A program made the translations under genes and the position numbers. A DNA stretch of 64,000 bases from Bigelowiella natans CCMP2755 (Eukaryota > Protista > Cercozoa), in the NCBI GenBank assembly GCA_000320545.1, contig ADNK01003331.1, positions 1 through 64,000 of the forward strand, written 5' to 3'. Shown here one piece after another: positions 15,358 to 28,873 of the stretch. Each line of letters begins with the position of its first letter. Position 1 is the first letter of the stretch. The notes beneath the pieces were generated by a model, which was not told the DNA's origin, ran no database searches, and worked only from the letters and a program-made list of their open reading frames with translations.

Positions 15358-15515
15358 CACATGCACACATGCATACATGCACACATGCACACATGCACAT
15401 GCACATACATGTAAGCTAAGATATATGTGCATGTATATTTTTTTATGTATGCATGTGTGTGTTTGTGTGTGTTGTATGTGTGAATCAGTTGAGAAGTTAC
15501 ATGGACATCTAACAG

Positions 15516-15553
<38 letters not shown>

Positions 15554-18306
15554 TAATTAGCAATTCTGCTTTAGCTGGATGCTGAAAGGGTGAGAAGACA
15601 ATATTACATCATAGTGAATCATTATTCTTGCTGATCTAGATTTTAATTCATTAAGGGCTTGTAATCATGACCGTTGCACCTACAGTCATGCACCATTTTT
15701 AAGGTTATTATTTTCAATCCAAATGTGTTAAATTAATGAAACTAATTAGTGGAAACTATTAGGAACACTCTCGCTGAATATCAGTTTCCAAAGAAACCTT
15801 GTATCACTTGGGCTTTCACTGGAAAGTGTTTCAATCGGAAGAATTGCACATACCGTCATGATCCAAAGTAGTGTTGTTATTACTGATTTTGAAAGAAGGA
15901 ACTAAGAAAATATATCTATATAGGGTTCACCTCATAGTTCAGAATCTTACAAATTGTGCGAAACGCATTAGAAGTAAAATTCAATCGAACAATATCGAGG
16001 ATGTGTCCCTTGATATACGTGACATCCAAGGCGATACAGGTCCAGTTGACATTAGGGACATTCGTCGAGGGCCTTCAGGCCACAATGGGCGACCGGCACG
16101 AACGAATACCTGGAAATCTCGAGAAATTCACCGAAAAAGCGTTGGAATTAGAGAGAGGGTCAAATCTAATGAAAGGGATAGGGGAAACGGTGGTAACAGG
16201 AAAAAAGACAAAGGGACCAAAGACTACAAAGGTCGAGAAAGCATGAGAAAAAATGAAAAAAATGAGCGCAATGAAGTGCGAAAAAATCAAGACTGCCCAC
16301 AGCAATCGCAGGACCAGAGAAAGTCTATATTGGGCAGAGACAAATATAGAAGCGATGCGGTGGACTCTAAGGAGTCTGGGGGAGGTGAATCTAGTTTCAA
16401 AGGGAAAATTAAGGTCAAATGTGATGAAAGAGTTGCGCAAGGTAAACATTCTGCTAAGTCTCAGCAGCTGCGTACAAATTGCATTCTTTTACCTTCAAAG
16501 GCAGGTGGTGAATCGGGGCCCGGAAAAACAATGAAAGGTTCACCGCAAATTCACTCATCACAGACCACGTCTTCTAGTGAACCCTCTTCAAGTATATCAG
16601 TACTAGGAGGAGAAAGATCGAATGCGTCTTTGACTACTCGAGACACCCCGGCATCCACTGCTGTCACTACAAGAACTTCCCATTTCTCAAGAGTCATAGC
16701 AATTGCAAAAGGGTTCGCAGCGAATTTGGGAGCAATAGTATCCCCTGCAAACGTCTCTTATTCAAGAGGAACGTTGGCAACACAAAACTCACCAAATTCT
16801 GTAGTTGATGTGAAGAGAACTGGAGCTGGAGTTGTGCTAGAACTTGCTAAGGGACTAGCAGCAAATATTGGTGAAGCGGCTGCTATTGCCTCTTCATCAC
16901 TAACTTCCCCAAGGCACATTTCTACACTCGTTGGTGTCACAATGGCCCGAAGCGCGGAGCCAAAACAAAATCCTGAATCTAGATCCTGCACAAGTGTCAA
17001 TGGCATTCCTGGTGAAACAGCGGTGGCGTTAAAAAAACAGCTGACGCAGAAACAAGAAACTAAGATTTTACCGATAAGAAATAAAAAAAACGCGACGGAT
17101 TTTACGATAGAAAATCGATCTCCGCAATCTGGAAAATGGAAATGTGTGAAATTAAAGGTTCTTCAAGCTGCTCCATTGCACGAGACATCTCAAAATATAT
17201 TGCCTTCTTCGAAAGCTTCAAAGGAGACATTTCAGCGGCTGTCGAAGTCCCTAAGCTCGCCACCAAAAACAGGAATGGAAAACATTACAATTGTAAAAAG
17301 GGAAATGATAAATGATGTAGGCACCATGGGTGATGGGGACACTAAGGCTCAAGTTGGAAACAATGAAGGAAATTTAAAGAAGGTCCTTAAAACAACCTCA
17401 TTAGCTATGCCTTCGGTAATTGGTTCTGAGGCAGCAGGGACTACAAAGAGTCCGGCAAAAAAGAATGAGAATAAGACTAATGAATGTAAGCTTAGCTGCG
17501 TTTCAGAGAGGGGGAATAATACAACTGGTTCCAAACTTGAAAGCGTTGAGAAGGGAATAACAAAGAGGCCAAATAAACAAGAGCAAGGACATGTCATGTT
17601 TCAGACCCCTCTTCAGCAGCAATCGTTTGTTGGTGCAGGAGGTTGGATTATGAAAGATATTGTCCGAAAAGATTCTGCTATGTCTCGAAAGGTTGGACGG
17701 ACTGCAGGAAAGCGCCAGCAACAGAAAGCTGCGGAAATAGCTCCATATCCAATAGGTATTGACTACACAACACCGTAATCATTCCGATAACACCTGAAGA
17801 CCTATATCAAGCGTTGTGCATTCCGATAAATGATACAGAAAAACACAATATATGGCTCGAAAGTGATCGAATAAAACGTTTCTGTGTATTAACTCAGAGA
17901 AAAAGAATATGAAGTCAAGATGTACAGGTCAGTGTTATTACACACAACCTAAATATATATGATGGGTGAGTGTTCGTTATACTCATGAACCGTTGTGTCT
18001 GACAGGCGAAAAGGAACTTAATTTCACGGATAACATAACGAATTCTTCTAGCATCAGTAGCGCCCAGCCAACTTTCACCAAAAAAGAAACCGAGTTGAAG
18101 AAAGTGGTGACGACGATTAAGTGTGTTGCTACGTCTTTTAGTTGTGAACAAGCGGTATTGTTTTATCCATCAATCCTCTCCACTTCCCACACCATCCCGA
18201 TTATCATAACAAAAAAATACTGTACGGTTATTACATCCGCAGAACTAATTGCAAATAGTATTCACATTTTTTCCTTCCTTTTTCTCAGTCTTACCATTGT
18301 GCGCGC

Positions 18307-18364
<58 letters not shown>

Positions 18365-19053
18365 TTGCCAATAAACATTAAAAACATGAACATCAAAAAC
18401 ATGCAACATATTGCCGGGAAAATAAATTATTTGTGCCAAAATTAAAATAGGATGTGCATGGTGAAGCTCCTTTTGGTCTTCATACTGGCACCGTTGGAAA
18501 TATCGACGAAATTGCCACTACTTCTACTTTTCAGGGAGTAAGGGGTGCCACTAGAGACACAATTAACAAGAGCGTAAAGACCCAACCAAGATCTGCGTCT
18601 TTTTCATCCTTTCCGCCGCCCATGCTTCTACCACCGCGTTCCCCCAAAAATGGACCTCGAACGGTCGACCCTCTTCCATCGAAGCCTAGCAACGATTCCG
18701 TCGTGTCATGTTTTGTCGAAGCAGTAACAGCCGCGGCTGAAGCAGCTCAGCCCCTTCTTTCTCAGAAAACATCAGCTGAGAACGGCACCAACTTAAAATC
18801 TTCTCTACCCCACGTGGGTGCAGGTGTTGTTGCGGGGAAGATTAAAGAGATTAAATCAGTGACTAAGACGACGTTGACTATGCAACCTAATGTGAGGACT
18901 AACGATTCCTGCCACGAGGCTACTGGTGCTGCCACAAGTCCTCGCAAACAAGTATCATTGTCATCACAAATATGTAAAGATAACACTTCATCATTACATA
19001 TAATGGGGATGAAGGTGTCATTAAAATTCTGACCAAAACCATTCATTCCTTTC

Positions 19054-19090
<37 letters not shown>

Positions 19091-22000
19091 CTCCTTCATC
19101 CTCACTTTTAATTCAGAAGGATGGAATAGGACAAATGGAGAAGAAGACCTTCACCGTTAGAAGCAACACAATCGTAGAGAAAGAAATGTTATCAAAGCCT
19201 CGAGTATCATCGTCTACGGGGATGCTTTCAACAATGTCGACAACAACTGATATCAATAATTACATGAACAGTGGCACGAATAAGAAAACAGCAATCAACA
19301 GTGGAGGAGACATAAAAGTAAGGAACAGACCAGCAAAATGTGTTACGGGAAGAAGAGAAGATGTCGATGAGAATGAAATGAAACAATCTAAGGTTATCAC
19401 CTTTCAGGAACCTGTCAATGTGTCATTGCCTGCCGGAAACTTACCACCGCCTTTGAACTCTATTGAGGCAGCACCGGCAGTGTTCACTTCAACAGATACC
19501 CCTACACCTCCTTCAGTCTCCTCGTATTCTATTACTTCTGCTGTCGAGAAGGTAAAGACTGCTGCTATCACAAATGCTACTACTGCTACTACTTCGTTTT
19601 GCTTCCCATTAAGTCAAAATGAAATTAACGGTAAAAGATATTGCACGACACTTCGCAGAAGATCTATTAGCAAGAAGCATTATCGCCTGCAGTCGTCTTC
19701 GTCATCTTCACGTTTTGGGAAGGCAACTACAGCTCCATCGTCATCGTCTTTAGCAGTAAAATCTGTGTCAAGCCGAACGGTGCATAGGAAAATGCCAAAT
19801 CTCGGAATATATGACAACGAAACTATGAAGAAAAGGAATAAGATCCCCGCCAGCAGCACTCACGATGCCCTCTTTCCAAATTTTAAATGCCCCTTATGTA
19901 AGAAGTCCTTCCTGAATCCTCCGAAGAAACAGAATATTCATCTCCACCGTCGACACAGCAGCGACTTGCTCATCCACTTTGTGTCTTCTTGCAGCACCAT
20001 ACGGAGTGCATATAGGGAATTGTACTCATTTTTGGAGAAGCATGACCATTTGTCTTATTTCACCAATTATGTGGCGCAGCAATTAGTAATGCTGGATCGT
20101 CACGGAAATGGCGACAGCAATGGTAGTGGAAGGAGAAGAAAGAAGAGAAAGGGCCTCATAGAATGGTGGTTTCGCAGATTTGCGGTGCCAGCCCACTTAA
20201 ATTTCCTCTTAACCCGCTACAAACAACTTTTACTGACTTCTATCATCAGTGGACTGGGGGGGGTGAGAGGCAAAGGGGGAGAATTGACGAAAGCAAAACT
20301 CCTACAGAAGTTATTACCTAAAACATTGGCAGAAGCAGATGTAGCTTTAGAGACCATGATAGAAGTAAATGAATTATCAACTTTATTATCGCCATCAATA
20401 GCATCGCTAGCACCGTCCCCGAGTGTTGGCTCAGTCTTAAACAAGGAGCAGGTGAATGAATATAGACAAACAAAATCAAAATGCATTGCCACGGCTCTTT
20501 CACCTATCGATTCAGGTATTAAAAAAATACAGAAAACAGAGAAGGCGAAGGAATTAGAAGTGCGGTCCTCAAGTATCAGTGAAGGTGGTGGTGATTATAT
20601 TCCCTCTGGGAAAATGAGGAAGGAAAATAAGCAAAACGATGATGTGACAAACGTAACGAATCTTAGGAGGGTAGTGGACGAATTAGAAGTAGCGGAAGAA
20701 AGAAATGTAGCAAGGAAGCTGAGCACGAAAATTCTTAATGCGAAAAAAGCATCGTCAACGCGACCGATTCTATCATCAACATCATCATCATCATTATCAT
20801 CATCAAATATAGCATCCAAGAACTTGGAGCGAAAGAAGACTACGGTTACTGCGGAGAGTAGAGAGAGTGAGAAAGAGAAGAAGAAAATTTCAGAGAAAAG
20901 GGCAGAAGTAGTGTTGGCTACCGCTCAAGGGAAACAGCGAGTAACTACTGATGACAGCGAAAATACTGAAAACCATTGCAACCCTAAGCTTATGGCAAAC
21001 GAAAGTACCACTAATGCCATTGCGCTGCGATCATCAAAACGCAAAAAGGCTCATCTCCGCAGCGGCGCCACCACATCGCCCCTTTCTAACGCAACTTCCA
21101 CCAGTGTTACAGTTGAATTGCCACAAGACGGCGATACACCAACGATAAGGACAACAGCAGCAATAGCAACGAAGGCCATGCTCACTAGGAGAAAGAGAAG
21201 GATGATGAGCAAAGGCTGCAAAGAAACAGCTACTCCAACTGCCGACAGTTCCTCTTCGCCAACCGTTGCAACAACCTTGCTCGATTCCCCGTCAAAGCGT
21301 CCTCGCGGCCGACAAAGAAGACGTCCGCTGGCACGACATGATGCTCGTGTATCCTCTTCATCTTCTACTACCAATCGATCTACTTTCTCCCCTGATGAGT
21401 ACAACACGGGGAGACGGCGGCGGTCTACAGTAAGACCACGAAAAGGGTCGTTCAGCACCAAGGTGAGAGAAGGGCGAGACGATGAGGAAAAAAAGGAGGA
21501 AGGAGAGAAGATAAAGAAAAATAGAAATGAAAACGCATCTGGCACGAGTGCCAATCCAAATGTTGAGTCTCTACCAATCGGAAGAAGGACAAGAAGTAGG
21601 ATGAAAGGCGGTGCTGCAAATATCATCGATGAAAGGAACATCGATGCTAAACTTGCACAAAGCAGTCCGGATACTACGACAACAACTAGCACTGCTAGCA
21701 GCACTATCTCTTCAGATACTTCTGATCCAACAACTTCTACTTCTACTTCTACTACTGCTCCTACTTATACTACTACCAAAAACTGTGCTACTGATGCTTT
21801 GGTAGCCAACAGTGCAAAGGACGATGAAAGCAATAGGATCGATGGCCTGCTCTCTCATACAGAAAGGAAGATCGCACAAAACGAAGCAGGGCAACAAGGA
21901 AAGACGAAGCTTACATGGAATGACTTCCAACGTGTTCACATCGGAAAAAGGCCGACTCGCAAAGCCTACATGCAGTATGTCAGCGGGGGGGGCGTTGAGG

Positions 22001-22332
22001 ATCGATTTGCCTCTGCGACAAGTAACGATATATAGACCCCTTCTTCGTCGTCGTTCTTGTTACTACCACGGCCCTTCTTGTCTTAAAAAGCAGTGTACTC
22101 ATTGTTCCGTGTGTTGATTTCTTCTCTCTTTGCGTTTTTGGTATTTTGTCCAGGGATCGATTACAGTGCCTTCCGAAAGCGGAGAGTGAGCAAGATGAAG
22201 TGGAAACGCCAACCTGAACCATCTCACGATATAACAAGATCCGAGTACCGGAAGTATACTGCCACTGTCTCTCTCTATAATCGGCAAATCCGTTTTGATG
22301 CAAAAGCCAGAGAATTGAAACCCTGCAGCTAG
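12281..22332 (+). CDS. Very large, largely disordered nucleic-acid-binding protein with AP2 domain and CCCH zinc fingers (multi-exon; could be more than one gene)
   Basis: AP2 GVCKYQSRWRALIFVGGRRENLGCYDSPIEAAVAYDKRAAYLGRKSLNFP (~12775-12925); CCCH CYRWKNSGSCRWGDKCQYLH (~13465-13525) and CITWAFTGKCFNRKNCTYRH (~15800-15860); long ORFs 13399-14487, 15871-17778, 18454-19032 and 19135-22035 bounded by GT/AG sites. Confidence 0.65.
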
Positions 22333-23214
22333 TGCATGCAATCAGCCAGAAGATGGTAATGGTGATGATAATGACGATAAAGATGAAGATGATGCAGCCT
22401 TCGAATCGGCATATCTTCTTCAACTATAGGTAGTGGTGTCAGGTGGTTCTAGTTCATGTTTTGCAAAAGCCGAAGAAATAATATCTAGAGATAGAGATTC
22501 TAAACGCACGCTTAGGGCTATTTGAGCACGTGAAAGAGTCTATAGCTTCAAAGTAATTAGAAACGATGTTGTGCAAGGCAGGTACAAGCCAATACGTATA
22601 GCTTGGTATACCAGGCATGTTCCAGGCATTTTTATATTAGGTTTTGCTAGCAACAACAACATGTCATCTACTACGTACGAACACAACACTACAATAAAAA
22701 CGGTTATAGTCGTCGAGCGTATACGTTAATGCATGCATGCTAGCAGCGCGTGATTATTATCCGTTCCGAATGATGCGATGCGATGCTGCATTTTTGCATG
22801 TACAATATCATCGATTTATAGCTAGTTATTATTAAATTGGCTTTGTGATTGCTCTAAGACGCCAATGAATCGCCACCCACATATATTTACATTTTGTATG
22901 GCTTACGCCAAGCAGCAGCACAAAGGCACGCATTACCACTGCGACGATCTAGCAAAGATTGCTCTAATCATCAGCTATGCACACACACAAAGCATATTTG
23001 TTAGCGTCGATAATCGACAATGTTGCCATAGATAGTACGTACATTAGTTTCCGATAGGCGTCACCGTACATATAAGATCGACATATTTCAACTGCATCGT
23101 GTGCCATACACTCATATCTATTGAGCAGCGCCTTATACAAACAGCTAGATCTGCCGGGAAACAATGCGGAACGTTTTCCTCCTCAAATTGTTAATTTGAA
23201 TAATAACTCATTTT

Positions 23215-23937
23215 AGGATTTGTTTGCTTTCGCAGCTTCTTTCTTCTTCTTAGCAGCAGCTGCGTTGGCAGCACGTTGTCGTTCAGCCTCGGCTCGTTCA
23301 GCTTCCTCTCTCTCTTTCTCAGCTTCTTCAGCCAAGCGTTTCCTAGTTAGAGATTCCACACACAATAGGAGACAAATGCAGATCAGTACGATGCGCTTGG
23401 ATTTCTACGTCCATATTTTGCTGGTGTGGCGTGATGTACACAAGATCCTATGAAGAAGAATGGGTGAAAGATAAAGATGCTCGCGTGCTTCAAGCCAACA
23501 TTTCCTTGATACCTTCTCTTCTTTTTCTTCTCCTCCAACTTGGCTTGAAGCTCCTCTTGTTTGCATGATATGAGGTCCTGGTGGTATTCATAGTAGAAGT
23601 AGCACCAGCCGGAGCAGTAGTATACGTGAAGGTAATCAGCATGAGATCGAATATTTATTGCCATAATGCTTATTCGAGACATTAGTAAAGCTACAATCTC
23701 CCTTTAAATTCTCCCCTTTAAATAAGAGCTTGCACATTCTTGCCCTTTCCCACTGCATTATTTGTTTGAAATGAAGCCATTTTAGTAGTAATTGCATAGT
23801 AACACACACCTCGTCGCAGTAGCACACGTCATAAGCGGCGACAACCATGCAGATGTATGAGCAAAACTTGCTCTCCTTCAACCCATCTTGCACACGGAGA
23901 TATCTGGAGAATTATAAATGTTACCGATATCGTTTTG

Positions 23938-23993
<56 letters not shown>

Positions 23994-25092
23994 AGGCAAG
24001 ACGACGTTGAGAACTACCCATTCAGTGAATACAACAAACATGCATGAAGAACAACGGTGCCTCGACCAAATCCCACCTTAGAATAGCTTCTCTTCGTTGC
24101 TTTCTCTCCTTCCAAGTACGTTCTCCGCGGAATACGGCCTTGCTCATACGCTCTACATTGGCCAATCATGAGAATGGTAGTAAAGGTAGGAAGAGGAGGA
24201 GGATCACGTCAGAAGTGAGGTAGTATTTAGAACAACCAGATTGTTTGCAGCTTGTAACGAGGAATGCAACAAGATATGCACATTGCTATTTCTCGCAAGC
24301 TCTGTAATGATCGTTTTTCTTCTCTTTTCAACAATTCGTCGTCTGCAAGGATCTACCCCTCCCCCCCTTCAGTCCCGTCAACAATCTCATCTTTGTGGCT
24401 TCACTTACGAATAAGTTGCGGAGAGAATTGGTCCTCCATGCACGCGCGAAGATCTGGCTCCTTCATGCTAGGAATCTTTTAAAGAGTATACACACACGCA
24501 CAAGTACAATAATAACACATGCGAAAGGGAGGTGGGCGATTGACTCAGCTGATTAATATGTTTGTTCTGTGCGCTTATCAACCTAGCATAGTATTGATTT
24601 TTGCTTTCTACTAATGCTACGAAGGCTGGCTGTGGTAAGTGCATGCCCTTCATGCATCGCATTCCCCGTCTCACTCGGGTTTTTTTTAATATCGTTTTCA
24701 TTCTATTCCTACGCTCTTCTTGTTCTTACTACGATGAAATAGTGTACCTCTGGAAACCAAGATGCCCTCACGTCGTCGATATCATAATCCATTCCTGATG
24801 GCGAAGAAACCCATCGGGTTACGACTTACATGCACATCAAAGTAATTTGAAGAGGAAGACATACCATGAGCAACTAGAAACTCTGTCATGGCATAATCGC
24901 CTCGATACGCCTGTGAAAGGTAAAGGAATATTCCAATAGCATCAATTTATGAAGATGGTTGTTCCCAAGCATGTAATATAAACGTTCTAAAGATACATAT
25001 ATAGCATGATACATACCGCCCACTGCACAGGAGTCAATCCTTGATTCAAAACGATCTTCTGATCCTGAAAATTCTGTTAAATAGTTACCCAA
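23215..25092 (-). CDS. Hypothetical multi-exon protein with charged coiled-coil C-terminus
   Basis: Minus-strand coding-like segments with GT/AG ends; last exon RKRLAEEAEKEREEAERAEAERQRAANAAAAKKKKEAAK; no family recognised. Confidence 0.4.
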
Positions 25093-25289
25093 TCAGAGCA
25101 GTTTCAGCCATCATGCAGCGGTTTCATATGCAAGGTACAAGATAGAAATGAGCTTCAATCAGAAGATAGCATAAGAAGTACTACTTTCAAAGCAAGCGAA
25201 TCTCCCAGCCGCGAGCACATCCATCGCAATTTAGCCAATCCTGATGATGGACAAATTTGTCAACAACAGTCTTATTCTTTGGGTTCTCT

Positions 25290-26031
25290 TCATTCCACAG
25301 CGTTAGTCCCCTCTTTCGGGCATGAGCGTCAAGCGGCGTAGGCGTTGAGTCGGGCAATAGACGTGTACTATTTAGGCTGTTTCAAGGTTGTTTTCAGGTA
25401 AGGATGAAAAGTACCTCCGTCCACGACGAGAGTTTTCACTGCCTCTACCATTCCTGCAAATAGAAGAACCCAATTATTAATAGAATGCGTTGGATATATT
25501 TTAGCAGGTCTTCGGTGCGCAAGCTATAAAAACCTGTCTCAGAAGCCACTCCCAGGGCAGTGCAACCAGTTTTACCATCCTTTATCACAACCATTATGAT
25601 GTTATCTTTACAGTGATTACCAGCATAGTGTAGGTAATGCCGTGTTAGCTACTAATGTACAACAACGCTATGCAACAAATAGCGCCGAACCTTATCTTGC
25701 TGGTCGACATTGACATATGCTTCAAGCTCCCACAACCCGCCATTCGCCCCGGATACTCTACAGAGCAAAGCAAATACTGACTACCATATAGCGAAGAAAG
25801 ACATACACGAGAGCAATACTTCAATTTAGCCCAGTGCAACAACGTTTTGAGAACGTCAACGTGGCCCTTCTCAGCAGCCTGATATTCATAAAATAAGGGA
25901 AGATGAGGAGTCTGTAAAGGATAGAGAGGAAACTAGTGCCGCTCACACATCAGAAACACAAAAGAAAACGCCAACAAGCGCCCGCAAGAAACGCGTGTAA
26001 ATTAGTTAGTAAGATTAGTTGTCGCATAAAG

Positions 26032-26081
<50 letters not shown>

Positions 26082-27043
26082 CAGAGAGAGAGGGAGAGGG
26101 AGGGAGAGAGAGAGAGAGAGCGACGGGAAGATGGTACCATGTGAAGAGGGGTACGTCCAGCATTCACGTCAGCCTTTTCCTGTATTGTAATGTAAAGGCC
26201 AAGGAGACAACAACAGTCAATAGTGCTCTGCTGCTGCTGCTGCTTAAATGCCATACTCTAAAACGACCACTGCAACAGTCTAAAGCCGGAATTCTTCATC
26301 TTAGCCCCCCCCCCCCCCCCCATAGATTATCAGTGAATAACAAGGCGAAATACCGAAAAAGACTGTCAACTTTCTCAAGGCTATCGTAGTGTTTGTATTG
26401 GTTGTTTCTCATGATAGTCTCTTCCTTTCCTCTATCACTGCCCACCGACCGATATAGTGATGTTGCAATTTCTTGCTAGATCCTTGTCCAAAATCAACTG
26501 CATAATCTTGGCGTCGCCCTGAAAAAAAAGCCCAGGCAAATATCAGTATTATCGACAATGCTACCGGAAAAACGCCATGGGAATGCAAATTTCTTTCTCA
26601 AGATTAACAGAGAACACGTTTGTAGTACCATGAGAGCAGCGTGGTGTGGGGTTGGAATTGGTGGGGTAATAGATACCAGAAGGCTGTCCTAATAATGGCG
26701 GAATTGGTAGTGATTTATTTATTATTAGCCCTTCAAGGTTAAGGAAGTTGAAAGCGATTAAAAGATGGTGGAAGTTGTAGATGTGAGAACAACCTGCGCG
26801 TGTAGGATCTTCTCGACCCTCTCATTTGTATCGAGTAAGTACTTACAAACCTGATGATGGTGGAAATTTTAATGCTGATAAGAATAATAATGTATTCCAA
26901 TCACGAAAATTAACAATAAAAAACGATACAAAAATTACGACACAAAAGCTATAAGCGTTGGGAACAACCCAATTCTAATACGAAGCATCAATGTACGCAT
27001 GTTCTAAATGTATATCACTTCATAGCGTCCATGTCAGTGTCAG

Positions 27044-27083
<40 letters not shown>

Positions 27084-28012
27084 CGATTGTTCTGATGATT
27101 CGATAGAGAGAAGACAATACTTCAAAATTCTTGAGTTTTATCGCATCAGTAAGATGGTCCGTGAACACCTGGAAAATGAACCAAAACAATCAAATCAAGG
27201 CGAGGAGGACCTGAATACGACGCATCAAAAAAAATCGGGAAATTATCTGAAAATAGGAATTTCCTAATGATGGCTGCATTTACAGATAATATATACTTCA
27301 CTATGAGCAATTTCCACCACCTCAGCGTTATGATTGATCAGGACTTTGCAGATTTCCAAATTCCCCAACTGCACCTGACAGATAGTTTCAATCCATTTAG
27401 CTGCATATGAGAACAAGTAATTTTCCATCGTTGAGGAATAGGAACTTATCCATACCGCTCGCTTGAGGGGCTTTCCTTTGAATTTTCCCGACTTTTCGAA
27501 TCCACACACCTGAGAAACGCAGACATCACATAATGAAAAGATGTGTTCCCAACTCTTTCCCAAATGGGCAGATGATCGGTTTGCATAATTTCTACTAGGG
27601 TTCCTAGTTAAAAAAAAATCCATAACAATACGGCTAAGTCCAAATCTTAAATATCCACGCACCAATGCCGTTTGTGAGCTCGCGTCCCTTTCTTTTGGCT
27701 CTTCTGCCGATGGATCTTCAAGTTCGATCTAACCAAACGCAAAAAATGCAGACTTCCTAAATCATTCGGGAGTGTAAGCGAGTTGGTGCGAATACCAGTT
27801 TGGTGATATCCTCTGAGGTGATTTTTTTCTTTTCGATTTTCTGGTCTATATCGCCAGGAATAGGCACACTGATCTCCCGAAAGGACACATACTATCGGAA
27901 AGGTAGAGATAACTCATGACACAGAAGATTAGCGGAAATAGGCATAAATGAATGCCTTCAACTGAATCATTATTCGCGCAGAAATACCTGCAAGAGCTTC
28001 TGGAATAGCTCA
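25290..28012 (-). CDS. Ankyrin-repeat protein, multi-exon
   Basis: Ankyrin-like exons YQAAEKGHVDVLKTLL (~25840-25885), VQLGNLEICKVLINHNAEV (~27320-27375), GDAKIMQLILDK (~26485-26520), GMVEAVKTLV (~25430-25455). Ends approximate. Confidence 0.6.
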
Positions 28013-28526
28013 TGCGGTAGAGTCGGTCCTTTGTTCTTTTTTTTCCCTTTCTTTTTTCCCATTATCAGAAGTAAACAAACCTTATTTTGGCCTGATGGGA
28101 TTTTATAATTATTGGTACATTTACTTCTAGAGAGTAGGTCGCTAAAATGAGGGGCAATCGAAAGAAGATAGGCTGTCTTGAGTCACATGATCGCTGGTTT
28201 CGATAAAATATCATAGTTATTATTCATCTGCTCTACTTGGATTTCAAAAACGCCTTATGCATGCATAGAACGAAACACGGATATCCGTATGCATCGATGA
28301 ATTGTTGCAACCTCTGTCTCTTCGATTGGATTTCTTTGCTCGAGGAGGGAGGGGCGATTTGTGTTCAAACCGTTTTAAGCATTATCTAGAGTATTCGCTC
28401 TTGAAACTGATGAGAAAAGGGATCCAAATGCCCACTATTTATGCAGGACGACAATATTTTTTATATGTCGTTCTTAGGTACCCAATCGTTGGTGCGTTTC
28501 TCGGGAGCCACGTGTTAGTGAAAAGA

Positions 28527-28873
28527 CACTTTGGAAATGTAGTTTTTCATCATTGTTTCATTGTTTCCTGTGTGTTTTTTCTTTACCCGGAAAACATCTG
28601 TACATCACATTGTTCTTGTTCTTGTTTCGTACACTGCAAATATCTCGTTACATTTTGGAAATGTAGTTCTTTGTCATTGTTCATTGTTCTTGTTCTTGCA
28701 CAACAACGCCAATCAATGACCAAGTCATGCCATTTTGGCAAACCAGCTAGTTGATTTGCTAGTCACAGTCCTCACTGAAACCAGTTCGAGGCACTGCATT
28801 TTGCACGCTGCAAGTGTCTTGCAACACTTTGGAAATGTAGTTTTTCATCATTGTTTCATTGTTTCATTGTTTC
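28527..28873. repeat. Dispersed ~40-bp direct repeat CACTTTGGAAATGTAGTTTTTCATCATTGTTTCATTGTTT
   Basis: Copies near 28528 and 28825, and a degenerate copy near 28652; they mark the left edge of the TA-depleted island. Confidence 0.75.
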
